Positions 1-8,765 of a stretch of DNA of 64,000 nt are shown here, piece after piece. The stretch lies in contig JBGPOW010000001.1 in the NCBI GenBank assembly GCA_041488235.1, positions 737 to 64,736 of the forward strand, in the 5' to 3' direction. The notes under the pieces were generated by a model, which was given only the letters and a program-made list of their open reading frames with translations, did not search any database and was not told the DNA's origin. Both the position numbers and the translations under genes were made by a program. Position 1 is the first letter of the stretch; each line of letters begins with the position of its first letter. The stretch is from Candidatus Binatia bacterium (GTDB lineage Bacteria > Desulfobacterota > Binatia > UTPRO1).

Positions 1-404
1 GCCGGACGCTCCACTTGCTGCGCCAGCAGGCTGCTGTGCTCGCGCGCCTCGGCTGCGTCGCTGATGTGACGCAGGACGACGTCGAAGCGCTCGAAGTCGA
101 CGGGCTCGAGAAAGAAGTCGTACGCGCCTTCCGCGAGCGCCGCCCGGCCGCGCTCGGCGTTGTCGACGATCGCGATCACCTCGATCTCATCGTCGAACGA
201 ACGCACGCCGGCGACGACGCCGCTTTCGCGCAACACGTCCGGTCCGACGACGACGAGGTCGACAGGCCGACGGTGCAGCACGGCGAGACCGCGCGTCGCG
301 CTCTCGGACTCCCAAATCTCCGTCTGACGGCTCGTGAAGAACTCGCGCAGCGCCGCACGCGCCGCACTGTCTCCGCTGACGATCAGCACTCCGATCTTTT
401 GCAT
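1..404 (-). CDS. Response regulator receiver (REC) domain protein, N-terminal part only. The gene continues past the left window edge.
   Basis: The minus-strand reading from ATG (revcomp of cat at 402-404) gives MQKIGVLIVSGDSAARAALREFF...VDLVVVGPDV...IEVIAIVDNAERGRAALAEGAYDFFLEPVDFERFD, a CheY-like receiver pattern. GGAG lies 8 nt upstream. It is missing from the ORF track because there is no stop inside the window. The overlapping plus ORF 15..1307 is arginine-rich antisense. Confidence 0.55.
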   Translation of the reverse strand, partial: MQKIGVLIVSGDSAARAALREFFTSRQTEIWESESATRGLAVLHRRPVDLVVVGPDVLRESGVVAGVRSFDDEIEVIAIVDNAERGRAALAEGAYDFFLEPVDFERFDVVLRHISDAAEAREHSSLLAQQVERP

Positions 405-503
405 GTGCGTGTTCTCCGGCGCTGCCACCATCGGAAGTTCTCCTTTCCCCTTATTGTCCAGAAGGGCTCGTTCTGCGCCAGGGGGGGCAGAAAAATCTTG
501 GAA

Positions 504-1430
504 TCACCTATGCGGGTGAAGGAGATCGGCGAGGGCGGTCGCGAGCTCCGAGTGACCGAAGCGAAATTCGCGAGCAAGCGCGGCCCGCGGCACGACGCGC
601 TGACTGGCGAGAAGGAGCGTCGCCATCTCGCCGAGCGCGAGCCGCAGCGCGAACGCCGGAGCCGGAAAGATCGCGGGTCGCGCGAGCGCGGTCGCGAGCG
701 TGCGCGTGAAGTCGGCGTTCGTGACCGGCCGCGGCGCGGCGCCGTTCAGCACGCCCGCAACGTTCGCGTCGTCGAGCGCGCGCACGAACAGCGCAACGAG
801 ATCGTCGACGTGGATCCAGCTCATCCATTGTCGTCCGCTGCCGAGCCGGCCGCCGAGGCCGCGTCGAAAGAGCGGCAACATCTTGCCGAGCGCACCGCCG
901 TCGCGTCCGAGCACGATGCCGATGCGCACGATCGCGATGCGGATGCCGAGGTCGGCGGCGGCGCGCGTCGCCGCCTCCCATGCGCTGCACACCTCGGCGA
1001 GGAAGTCGTCGCCCGGCAGCGCGGTCTCGTCGAGCTCGACGTCGCCGCGATCCCCGTAGATGCCGATCGCCGACGCGGCGATGAGCGCGCGCGGCCGCGT
1101 CGCCGCGGGCAACTCGCCGAGCGCACGCACGAGCGCGCGCGTGCCGAGGACGCGCGAATCGCGGATCGCACGCTTGCGCGCCGCCGTCCACCGCCCGCCG
1201 GCGACGCTTTCGCCCGCCAGATGCACGACCGCGTCGATCTCGCGCAGCGCCGCGGAATCGACGGCGCCCGCGTCCGGATCCCAACGGACGGCGCGGCACG
1301 CGGGTAGCAGCGCGGCTTGGGCGCGCGTCGCGTCGCGCGTGAGCGCGACGACGTCACGACCGTCCGCCAGCAGGCGGTCGACGAGGCGGCGCCCGATGAA
1401 TCCCGTCGCGCCGGTGATCGCCACGCGCAT
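504..1430 (-). CDS. TIGR01777-family NAD-dependent epimerase/dehydratase (YfcH-like, DUF1731 C-terminus)
   Basis: The N-terminal Rossmann motif MRVAITGATGFIGRRLVDRLLADGRDVVALTRD and a length of 308 aa are typical of YfcH-like proteins. Confidence 0.8.
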   Translation of the reverse strand: MRVAITGATGFIGRRLVDRLLADGRDVVALTRDATRAQAALLPACRAVRWDPDAGAVDSAALREIDAVVHLAGESVAGGRWTAARKRAIRDSRVLGTRALVRALGELPAATRPRALIAASAIGIYGDRGDVELDETALPGDDFLAEVCSAWEAATRAAADLGIRIAIVRIGIVLGRDGGALGKMLPLFRRGLGGRLGSGRQWMSWIHVDDLVALFVRALDDANVAGVLNGAAPRPVTNADFTRTLATALARPAIFPAPAFALRLALGEMATLLLASQRVVPRAALAREFRFGHSELATALADLLHPHR

Positions 1431-1569
1431 GTGTGTCGCCTCGCGCGCGTACGCGTCATAGTCAAGGCGGCGTGTGCCGCGGCGACGACGAGCACAGATG
1501 CGCCGCTCCGCTGGAGCACGCGCCGTCGAGGATGCTACGCTCGCCGGCCGTGACGATCGGACCTGCGAG

Positions 1570-1953
1570 GTGACGCGTTTCCTCCTCGTCTGCCTCGGCG
1601 GCGCGATCGGTACCGGGGCGCGCTTCCTGGTGTCGGGTTGGGCGCTCGCCCTCCTCGGAGCCGACTTTCCCTACGGCACGCTCGCGGTGAACGTGATCGG
1701 ATCGCTGCTCCTCGGCACGATCATGCACATCGGGCTCACGACGGATCTCTTGTCGCCGACGCTGCGCCTCACGCTGGCAACGGGAGTCATGGGTGGCTTC
1801 ACGACGTACTCGACGTTCAACTACGAGACGCTGCGCTATCTCGAGGAAGGCGCCTGGATGCGCGCCGCGTTGAACGTGCTCGCGACGCTCGTCCTCTGCC
1901 TCGCGGCCGGTGTCGCCGGAGTCGCGCTGGCGCGTCGGGTCGCCGGCGGCTGA
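1570..1953 (+). CDS. crcB: Fluoride ion channel CrcB/FluC
   Basis: GTG start at 1570, inside the longer track ORF 1474..1953. Four transmembrane segments with LGGAIGTGARF...GTLAVNVIGSLLLG...GGFTTYSTF, the canonical CrcB pattern. Confidence 0.8.
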   Translation: MTRFLLVCLGGAIGTGARFLVSGWALALLGADFPYGTLAVNVIGSLLLGTIMHIGLTTDLLSPTLRLTLATGVMGGFTTYSTFNYETLRYLEEGAWMRAALNVLATLVLCLAAGVAGVALARRVAGG

Positions 1954-1956
1954 CCG

Positions 1957-3129
1957 TCAATCGAGGTCGAGGCGCACGTACGTCAGCGCGAAGCGCCACG
2001 GCGTTCCCGCAGCGTCGGTGATCTCGAATCGCACCTCGTTCCGTCCCGCGCGTAACATCCTGCGCGGCACGAGCAGCCGGTACTCTCGCCAGCCGACGAA
2101 CGGCACGAACCGCGGCAGCTCCCCTCCATTGATCATCACGCGTGCCGAGAGACAGCGGCGTTCGCGCAGATCGGGACGTCCGGCGAACGCGAGCGTGGCT
2201 GTCGGAAGGGCCGGATCGTCGACGCCGCGCGCCGGCAGCTCCGGCACGGTGACCGTGACCACGCCCGGTCCGTCCAGCCAAAGAAACGTGCCGCGCCGGA
2301 AATGCTCGGCGGAGCGATTCCAGCTGCCTTCGAGCGCGCCCGTCGCGAGCGCGTCGGCGATCTGCACCTCGACGCCGTCCTGCTCGTGGACGCTGAGCGG
2401 CGACGGCAAAGGGATCTTGAGCGTCGGTACCCGCGTCACCAGCGCGAGGACGGCAGTGATCGTGGCCGCGAGCGCCGCGGGCGCGACGAGTGGTCGGCGG
2501 CGCACCGCCGGCAGCGCGAGGCCGTTCAGCGCGACCGCCGCGAGCAGCCCGCCGATTGCATCGAGCATCCAATGGTGCGCGAGCAGCAGCCGTCCGAAGA
2601 AGATGATGGCCACCATCAGGCAGGACGCCGCCCACCACCGCCGCGGGTGGCGGAACGCCGCCGCGAGCGCGATGACCGCGATCGCCGCGAGCGCCGTGTT
2701 CATGACGTGGGCGCTCGGAAAGCTGTGGCCGACGATCGGACCCGGAAGCATGCTGGGGCGCTCGCGCATGAACACGTTCTTCAAGAGCTTCCCGGCGTAG
2801 AGGCCGACGAGACACACCGCAACCGACGGCCACACGCGCCGCACGCCGTCGATGCGCGCGCGCAAGAACGCCGCCGCGACCAACAGGGCGATCGCACCGC
2901 GCGTCGTGAGCTCGACGACGTGGTCGACCGCGCGATCGACGCCGCATTGCCGCCAGTAGAGAATCGCCCGCCAGAGTGCCGCGTCGAGACCCACGAGGCG
3001 CGGCATCAGCAGCACCTCGCCCACGAGCGCAACCAATGCGACGGCGCCGATCGTCCGCAGAAAGGGCGGTGTGAGAAAAGCGGGGAGCCGCTCTCGGCCA
3101 TTCTCGCCCGCGCGCGCGCCCGCCATCAT
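1957..3129 (-). CDS. PAP2-family (phosphatidic acid phosphatase type 2) membrane phosphatase with an additional C-terminal extracytoplasmic domain
   Basis: PAP2 signature motifs KLLKNVFMRERPS (Kx6RP), PSAH (PSGH) and HHWMLD (SRx5Hx3D-like), with multiple transmembrane helices. Confidence 0.7.
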   Translation of the reverse strand: MMAGARAGENGRERLPAFLTPPFLRTIGAVALVALVGEVLLMPRLVGLDAALWRAILYWRQCGVDRAVDHVVELTTRGAIALLVAAAFLRARIDGVRRVWPSVAVCLVGLYAGKLLKNVFMRERPSMLPGPIVGHSFPSAHVMNTALAAIAVIALAAAFRHPRRWWAASCLMVAIIFFGRLLLAHHWMLDAIGGLLAAVALNGLALPAVRRRPLVAPAALAATITAVLALVTRVPTLKIPLPSPLSVHEQDGVEVQIADALATGALEGSWNRSAEHFRRGTFLWLDGPGVVTVTVPELPARGVDDPALPTATLAFAGRPDLRERRCLSARVMINGGELPRFVPFVGWREYRLLVPRRMLRAGRNEVRFEITDAAGTPWRFALTYVRLDLD

Positions 3130-3316
3130 CGACCCGCCGCGATCTACCTCATCGAAGAGGCGCCCGAAAGTGCCGTGAAGCCGCGACGGGGTCTACGCGC
3201 GGTTGAAAGTTCTGCGCATGCGTGACCGCGAAACACACGACGATGCGAGCGCGAATGGCCACCACCGTATCGATTGTGGGGCGGCTGCGTGAGGTGGGCA
3301 AATGCCGGCGTAGCGA

Positions 3317-3390
3317 TGGTCGCACCTGGACTCGAACCAGGGACCTCCTGCATGTGAGGCAGGCGCTCTAACCAGCTGAGCTATGCGACC
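3317..3390 (-). tRNA. tRNA-Val (anticodon CAC). No CCA is encoded.
   Basis: Revcomp reads GGTCGCATAGCTCAGCTGGTTAGAGCGCCTGCCTCACATGCAGGAGGTCCCTGGTTCGAGTCCAGGTGCGACCA. It has a 7-bp acceptor stem GGTCGCA/TGCGACC, D, anticodon and T arms, anticodon loop CTCACAT and a TTCGAGT T-loop. Confidence 0.85.
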
Positions 3391-3520
3391 GTGATGAGCG
3401 CCTCGTACCACAGAGGTCTCGCACGCGCCACGTTCCTGCGCGGTGACAACCGACGTGAGCCGACGCACCGCCGCGAAACGCGCGTCAACGTCGAGGCGGC
3501 TGACCGCCGCGAGACGCGCG

Positions 3521-3796
3521 TCAATCGGCGTCGTGTCCCCCGAGCTTTCGGACGCGTTCCTCGAGCTTACCGGTCCGCGTGTCGAGCACGACGTAGCACC
3601 ACCGCCGGTTGTTCGATTCCGTCGCCGACTGGCACGGAACGTCGTCCTTGACGAGCACGTATCGTCCCGCCTCGCGGTGCGACTGCCCGGACGTCACCCA
3701 GAGAACGAGCAGGACGAACACGATGCCGCCGACGAGCGCCCAATGCTCGCGGATCCACGCCAACGGATCGTCCGCGACCTTCACGGGATCAGGCAA
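3521..3796 (-). CDS. Hypothetical small membrane protein (one predicted TM helix)
   Basis: 91-aa ORF with the hydrophobic stretch WALVGGIVFVLLVLWV. Codon usage is consistent with the surrounding genes. No recognisable family. Confidence 0.35.
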   Translation of the reverse strand: MPDPVKVADDPLAWIREHWALVGGIVFVLLVLWVTSGQSHREAGRYVLVKDDVPCQSATESNNRRWCYVVLDTRTGKLEERVRKLGGHDAD

Positions 3797-4100
3797 CGAT
3801 CGGTACCTCCTCGGTGAAGATCAGAGTCGTGCGATCGAGGTCGATGAAGCGGGCCTCGTCGGTGCGGGCGGCGGCGTACTCCGGCGACGCCACGGCGCGA
3901 CGCACCGCTTCCATGTCGTCGAACCACGCCTCCGCGGCACCGTCGTATTCAGCAGTGTCATCCATCGCATGGCACTGCACATACCGACGCATGCCCGGAA
4001 TGCGTGCCGCAATGCTTCCGTGAACCTCGCGCCAGTAGCGGTGAAAGTCGGCCGCGGCCATGCCGGGTTTCCGGCGGATGAGATAGATCGCCTTCACCAT
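3789..4100 (-). CDS. EthD domain-containing protein
   Basis: ATG at 4100 gives the 103-aa product MVKAIYLIRRKPGMAAADFHRYWREVHGSIAARIPGMRRYVQCH...AWFDDMEAVRRAVASPEYAA, the EthD/dimeric alpha-beta barrel pattern. The upstream part of ORF 3789..4436 looks non-coding. Confidence 0.65.
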   Translation of the reverse strand: MVKAIYLIRRKPGMAAADFHRYWREVHGSIAARIPGMRRYVQCHAMDDTAEYDGAAEAWFDDMEAVRRAVASPEYAAARTDEARFIDLDRTTLIFTEEVPIVA

Positions 4101-4361
4101 CGTCAATGAGGGCATCCTACCGGAGCAGTCACGAGCGCTCAAATGACGCGCGGAGCAACAGCTTGCGCGTCGCGCCGGTGACGCGGCGCACGGAGTTGCG
4201 CGATGAATTACTGGGCAGCGCTGTCCACTCGCGCGGCACTCGGTACTCCCGCGACGCACGCTTGGTAAGATTTGCCACACTTTCTTTGCTGCGGCACGCG
4301 AACGAAAGGGTACTTTCTCCGGCATGGGATTTGCGATCGGCCGTGGGTGGGAGGCACGCAC

Positions 4362-4580
4362 GTGATCAATCGCATCTTCTCGGGGACCCGCTGCCGTGTC
4401 GTGCGCCAGGTGCACTATCCCGGCGGCGCCATCCATCGGTTCACTCTCGGTACCATCCGATACGCGATGGAGAACCTCGGCCGCGAGCTCGTGATGGTGG
4501 ATTGGGACACCGGACAGGCAACAGTCGTGTTTCCGACGGACATCGAACTCGTTGCGAGCGAGCAGAGCGCGACTGCTTGA
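4362..4580 (+). CDS. Hypothetical small protein (72 aa)
   Basis: GTG at 4362 is preceded by GGGAGG about 7 nt upstream. The product VINRIFSGTRCRVVRQVHYPGGAIHRFTLGTIRYAMENLGRELVMVDWDTGQATVVFPTD looks globular. It sits in a 500-bp lower-GC gap. Confidence 0.3.
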   Translation: MINRIFSGTRCRVVRQVHYPGGAIHRFTLGTIRYAMENLGRELVMVDWDTGQATVVFPTDIELVASEQSATA

Positions 4581-4601
4581 TCGGTGCCACTCGCGGGCCG
4601 G

Positions 4602-5375
4602 TCATGACGCGAGAACGTCGCGCCGTAACGTGAGCCCGCCGTCGACGACGAGCACCTGACCCGTCACGTAGCCGTCCGGTTCGAGAAAGAAGCGAATTGC
4701 CCGCGCGACGTCCTCGGGACGTCCGAAGCGCGAGATCACCCCGCCCTTCACGTATCGATCGTACTTGCCGCCGCGGATGCTTGCCTCCGCCATGCCGGCC
4801 GCGGTGACCCCCGGGGCGACGACGTTCACGCGGACGTCGGCGCGACCACCCCACTCCTTCGCCAGGACACGCGCCGCGTGCACGAGCGCCGCTTTCGGCA
4901 CCGCGTACGCGAGGCTTCCCTCGAACGCGGCGACGGCTTGCATCGTCGACAATAGGACGATCGCACCTCCCGCGTCGCCGAGCGCGGGACGGAAGTCGCG
5001 CGCCAAGAGCACCGGGCCGAGATAGTTGTCCTGCATCGAGCGCTGCATCTCTTCGGCCGTGGGCGCGCCTGATTTCGGACGCGCCGGATCGCCGGCGAGG
5101 ACGACGAGGCCGTACGGCCGCCCGAGCGCGAGCGCGGCATCGACGAGCGCGCGTCGCGTCGCCGCGTCGCACAGATCGCCGCCGACGACGCTCACCGGCG
5201 CCGTACCGCTCGTTCGTAGCGCGGCGGCAACGCGCTCTGCACGCTCATGATCGGCGCGGTAGCCGAGGACGAGCGGCGCACCTTCGTCGTGCAACATGCG
5301 CGCGACGACGGCACCGATGCCGCCCGTTCCGCCGGCGAGGATGCAGACCCGCCCGGCGAGCGTCGTCGCGTTCAC
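4602..5375 (-). CDS. SDR-family oxidoreductase (3-oxoacyl-ACP reductase-like)
   Basis: TGxxxGIG Rossmann motif (LAGGTGGIGAVVARML), the catalytic YxxxK (YAVPKAAL) and PGVTAAG. A GTG start at 5375 overlaps the upstream gene's stop (GTGA). Confidence 0.75.
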   Translation of the reverse strand: MNATTLAGRVCILAGGTGGIGAVVARMLHDEGAPLVLGYRADHERAERVAAALRTSGTAPVSVVGGDLCDAATRRALVDAALALGRPYGLVVLAGDPARPKSGAPTAEEMQRSMQDNYLGPVLLARDFRPALGDAGGAIVLLSTMQAVAAFEGSLAYAVPKAALVHAARVLAKEWGGRADVRVNVVAPGVTAAGMAEASIRGGKYDRYVKGGVISRFGRPEDVARAIRFFLEPDGYVTGQVLVVDGGLTLRRDVLAS

Positions 5376-5980
5376 GGGCTCGGCTCCGGATGTGTCACGG
5401 AGCGCGCAAATCGGAGAAAGCGTGCGGCCGGGGATTCCCGCGGCGCCGCCTGGGGGCGCGTCGGCCGTTCGGCCGTCCTCGGCAGCGCGGCATACACGAG
5501 GCTGCTCTCGCGGCGATAGAATCCTTCGGTGTGAAACGACCGATCGAGCTTCAGGTACTCGTAGTCGAGATGGTGACACAGCTCGTGCAACAGCGTGCGC
5601 AGAAACGTCTTGAAGGCAACGACCTGGAGACGGCGCGCGGTCCGCATCCAGACCTGCACGCGATCGCGCGTCGCCTTGCCGTTGGCCGGCGTGTAGAGAC
5701 CGTGCAGCTCGCCGTAATGGTTGGTGGGACGCTTGCCGCAGACCTCGACGCGTAACGGCGGAACGCGCAGCAGCTCACAGAAGACGTCGACCAGCTGCTG
5801 ACTCACGCCCTCGACACGCCGTCGGTCCTCGGTCGCGAGGGCGCCCGCGAGTGCCGCGACACGGACGCGGACGAGCGGGCTCGGCGGAACACGAATCGCC
5901 GTGACCGCGTTGCTGCGCGCGTACGCGCGCTCGTCGGACCGACTGAAGCTGCGACGACCGTACAGCATGAGCTGACGCAC
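5372..5980 (-). CDS. HExxH-motif putative zinc metallopeptidase (SprT/YgjP-like, uncharacterised)
   Basis: FLRTLLHELCHHLDYEY is preceded by a GELHGLYTP...I...L pattern reminiscent of SprT-like domains. Translationally coupled to the SDR gene. Confidence 0.5.
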   Translation of the reverse strand: MRQLMLYGRRSFSRSDERAYARSNAVTAIRVPPSPLVRVRVAALAGALATEDRRRVEGVSQQLVDVFCELLRVPPLRVEVCGKRPTNHYGELHGLYTPANGKATRDRVQVWMRTARRLQVVAFKTFLRTLLHELCHHLDYEYLKLDRSFHTEGFYRRESSLVYAALPRTAERPTRPQAAPRESPAARFLRFARSVTHPEPSP

Positions 5981-6130
5981 CCCTCCGACACGCGCCGCGT
6001 GTCACGTCCCCGCCGGACGCGTCCGGCACACTAGGAAGGTTCCGGTTGCGATGCAACGACCGCGTCACTCTCATTGCCTGCCTGGGCCCCCTTTGGTAAG
6101 CACTGGCGGCCAACGTACAGGAGGACCCTG

Positions 6131-6556
6131 ATGATCCGAATCGTTCCATCCGTGTTCACCGTTCTCGCACTGATGGTGCTGCTGGCGGCGTGTACCCGTG
6201 ACGAGCACAAGGCCGCCGCTGTGCCGACGGCGACGCCCGCCAAACTCGCTGTGCCCGCCGCCGCGCCGCAGCCGCAGGCGTCGGGCGAAGAGGTCGACGA
6301 ACTATACGTCGATCTCGATGCCGATCCCGACGAGGGCGCCCCGCCGCTCACGGTGAAGTTCACGAGCACCGTCGAGGACGCCACGCCGCCGCTCACCTAC
6401 AAGTGGGATTTCGGCGATGGCTCGGCGCCTGGGACGGAGGCGAATCCAACGCACGTTTATCAAAAGGCCGGCGAGTACACGGCGACGCTGACGGTGAAGG
6501 ATTCCAAAAACATCAGCGGCTCCGAAGAAGTCGACGTCCTCGTCGAGGGGGAGTGA
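6131..6556 (+). CDS. PKD domain-containing lipoprotein
   Basis: ATG at 6131 with AGGAGG 6 nt upstream. Signal peptide with lipobox LLAAC. PKD signature LTVKFTST...YKWDFGDGS...HVYQKAGEYTATLTVKD. Confidence 0.65.
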   Translation: MIRIVPSVFTVLALMVLLAACTRDEHKAAAVPTATPAKLAVPAAAPQPQASGEEVDELYVDLDADPDEGAPPLTVKFTSTVEDATPPLTYKWDFGDGSAPGTEANPTHVYQKAGEYTATLTVKDSKNISGSEEVDVLVEGE

Positions 6557-6578
6557 CTCGCACGCGAACGCCATAGAG

Positions 6579-6607
6579 TTGACAATCTTGACGCGCCGTG
6601 TTAAATC
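6579..6607 (+). promoter_or_regulatory. Sigma-70-like promoter for the phasin gene (-35 TTGACA, 17-bp spacer, -10 TAAATC)
   Basis: TTGACA at 6579-6584 and TAAATC at 6602-6607. RBS GAAAGGGG lies about 8 nt before ATG 6643. Confidence 0.35.
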
Positions 6608-6642
6608 GCACTCACTCTCGCAGTTGAAAGGGGTGAGTCCAC

Positions 6643-7041
6643 ATGGCCGAAACGAAATCCGATGGCCTCCGCGCCCGGTTGCAACAGGTGCAGAGCACGA
6701 TTCAGCGCGCGCAAAAAGAGGGTGAGCGCCTCGTCGGCAGGTTCCGCAAGGACGCCAGAGACCTGCTCGGGAAGGATCGCGAAAAGGCGGTCCGAGATCT
6801 CCTCGCGCAGGCGCAGAAGCTCCGTGCCGACATTCAGCGGCGCGCCGAGCGTGCGGTGAAGGACATCGAGGAGCGCGGGCAAAAGATCGTGAGCGCGCTC
6901 GAGAAGCAGGCGGAGCGAGGTCTCGAGCCGCTCGTGCGCAGCCTCAATCTTCCCACGCGCGATGAAATCGAGAAGCTGAAGAAGCGCGTGGCGCACGTCG
7001 AGAAACGTCTGGAAGAAATCGCTGGCAGCAAAGCTGCCTGA
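6643..7041 (+). CDS. Phasin family (PHA granule-associated) protein
   Basis: Coiled-coil protein of 132 aa. The C-terminal LNLPTRDEIEKLKKRVAHVEKRLEEI matches the phasin (TIGR01837-type) hallmark. Confidence 0.75.
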   Translation: MAETKSDGLRARLQQVQSTIQRAQKEGERLVGRFRKDARDLLGKDREKAVRDLLAQAQKLRADIQRRAERAVKDIEERGQKIVSALEKQAERGLEPLVRSLNLPTRDEIEKLKKRVAHVEKRLEEIAGSKAA

Positions 7042-7091
7042 GTCGCGCGTGACGCGATCTCGTCGCGTCGGCGCAAGAAAACGTTTCAACC

Positions 7092-7162
7092 TTGCTCACC
7101 GGCAGGGGGAGGAACTTCGTTCGGAAGAGATCGGCCGCTGACGAGCGGCTGCCGGTGAGCAA
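7092..7162. terminator. Large convergent, bidirectional hairpin between phasin (+) and hyuB (-)
   Basis: Perfect 14-bp inverted repeat TTGCTCACCGGCAG...CTGCCGGTGAGCAA with an internal CCGCTGACGAGCGG sub-hairpin. There is no T-run, which is common in high-GC genomes. Confidence 0.4.
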
Positions 7163-7166
7163 GAAC

Positions 7167-8765
7167 CTATCGCAACGACCGTCGTGAGCGCCGCGGCCGC
7201 GATCCCCAGCCACCGCCTCCTGGCGTCTCGATCCGCAGCACGTCTCCGCGTCGCACCCGCACGTTGACCTTCCCGGGGAGCGCTCGCCAACGGCCGGCGT
7301 GGGCGAGGAAGTTTCGGCCCGCGCTACCCGTCGCGCCGCCGGCGAGGCCGTACGGGCCTCGTCTTCGGCGCTCGGTCAGGAGCGTCAGATCGGCGTCGGT
7401 GAGAAACCGCAGCTCGCGGACGATGCCATCGCCGCCCGGATTTCGACCCCCGCCACCGCTGCGCCGACGGATCGCGTAGCGCTCGACGCGCAACGGGTAG
7501 TAGCTCTCCAACGCTTCGATGGGTGTGTTGAGGGTGTTCGTCATATGCGTGTGCACCGCCGACGCGCCGCTGCCGCTCGGCCCGCCGCCGGCACCGCCCG
7601 CGAGCGTCTCGTAATACGAGAAGGCGCGACCGCGAACGTCGTCGAAGCCGCCGACCGCGACGTTGTTCATCGATCCGGCGCTCGCAGCCGGAATCCGTTC
7701 GGGCGCCGCCTTCGCGAGCGCGCGTAACAAGACGTCGACGATGCGTTGCGAGGTCTCGACGTTGCCGCCGGCGACGGCGGCGGGAAACTCGGCGTTCACC
7801 ACGGTCCCGCTGGGGGCGACGACCCGGATGCGCTCGAGCAAGCCTTCGTTCGCCGGAATCGGGTCCTGTGCGAGGGCGGTGAAGACGTAGAACACCGCCG
7901 ACAGCGTGATCGCGTAGTTGGCGTTCAGGCTTCCCTGCACCTGCGGCGCTGTGCCCGTGAAATCGACGAGCGCCCGCCCGTCGCGGATCGTGATCGCAAC
8001 GCGAATCGGAACGTCGCGCGCGTCGAGACCGTCGTCGTCGAGGACATCGACCGCGGTGTAACGCCCCGGAGGCAACGTACGGAGCGTCGTCGCGATCAAT
8101 CGCGCGGTGTACCGTTGCAGCGCCGCCATGCCGCGATGGAGACGCGCCGCGCCGAACGTGGACGCGAGATCGCGGACGCGGCGGGCACCGATCGCGAGTG
8201 CGGCGCGTTGCGCGTCGAGATCGCCACGACGCTCCTCTGGCACGCGCGTGTTGGCGAGAAAGAGCGTGAGAATGTCGCGCTCGAGTACGCCACGCCGGAC
8301 GAGCCGCACCGGCGGCATGCGAAATCCTTCTTGGTGGATCTCGCGCGCGAGCGGCATCGAGCCGGGACTCATGCCGCCGATGTCGGCATGGTGCGCACGG
8401 TCGGCGACGAATCCGAGGAGCCGCCCGCGCGCGTCGTGCGCCGGCGCGACGAGCGTCACGTCCGGCAGGTGGGTGCCGCCCGCATACGGGTCGTTCAGCA
8501 CGACGACGTCTCCTTGCGCCAAGCGGAAAGCGGCGAGCGCCGCGCGCACCGACAGCGGCGTCGAGCCGAGATGCACCGGCACGTGGGCCGCGTGGGCGAC
8601 CATTCGTCCTGCGGGATCGAAGACGGCGCATGAGAAGTCGTACCGCTCCTTGATGTTCGGAGAGAAGCCGCTGCGCCCGAGGACGACGCCCATCTCGTCG
8701 GCGATCGCGGCGAGTCGGTGATGGAGCACCGCGAGCGCGATCGCATCGAACCCGCGCACGCTCAT
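7167..8765 (-). CDS. hyuB: Hydantoinase B/oxoprolinase family protein
   Basis: MSVRGFDAIALAVLHHRLAAIADEMG...SPNIKERYDFSCAVFDPAGRMVAHAAHVPVHLGS is the canonical HyuB N-terminus. ATG at 8765 overlaps the hyuA stop (ATGA). Confidence 0.85.
   Translation of the reverse strand: MSVRGFDAIALAVLHHRLAAIADEMGVVLGRSGFSPNIKERYDFSCAVFDPAGRMVAHAAHVPVHLGSTPLSVRAALAAFRLAQGDVVVLNDPYAGGTHLPDVTLVAPAHDARGRLLGFVADRAHHADIGGMSPGSMPLAREIHQEGFRMPPVRLVRRGVLERDILTLFLANTRVPEERRGDLDAQRAALAIGARRVRDLASTFGAARLHRGMAALQRYTARLIATTLRTLPPGRYTAVDVLDDDGLDARDVPIRVAITIRDGRALVDFTGTAPQVQGSLNANYAITLSAVFYVFTALAQDPIPANEGLLERIRVVAPSGTVVNAEFPAAVAGGNVETSQRIVDVLLRALAKAAPERIPAASAGSMNNVAVGGFDDVRGRAFSYYETLAGGAGGGPSGSGASAVHTHMTNTLNTPIEALESYYPLRVERYAIRRRSGGGGRNPGGDGIVRELRFLTDADLTLLTERRRRGPYGLAGGATGSAGRNFLAHAGRWRALPGKVNVRVRRGDVLRIETPGGGGWGSRPRRSRRSLR

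Noticed and set aside
15-1307. 430-aa plus-strand ORF at the window start
   Set aside because: Arginine/alanine-rich with no motifs. It is antisense to the well-supported TIGR01777 epimerase gene and to the REC-domain gene, making it a typical high-GC shadow ORF.
1817-3225. Long ORFs 1817..2947 (-), 1910..2800 (+) and 2302..3225 (+) overlapping the PAP2 gene
   Set aside because: Only the 1957..3129 minus frame carries PAP2 motifs and TM helices. The others are R/P/A-rich antisense or off-frame artefacts.
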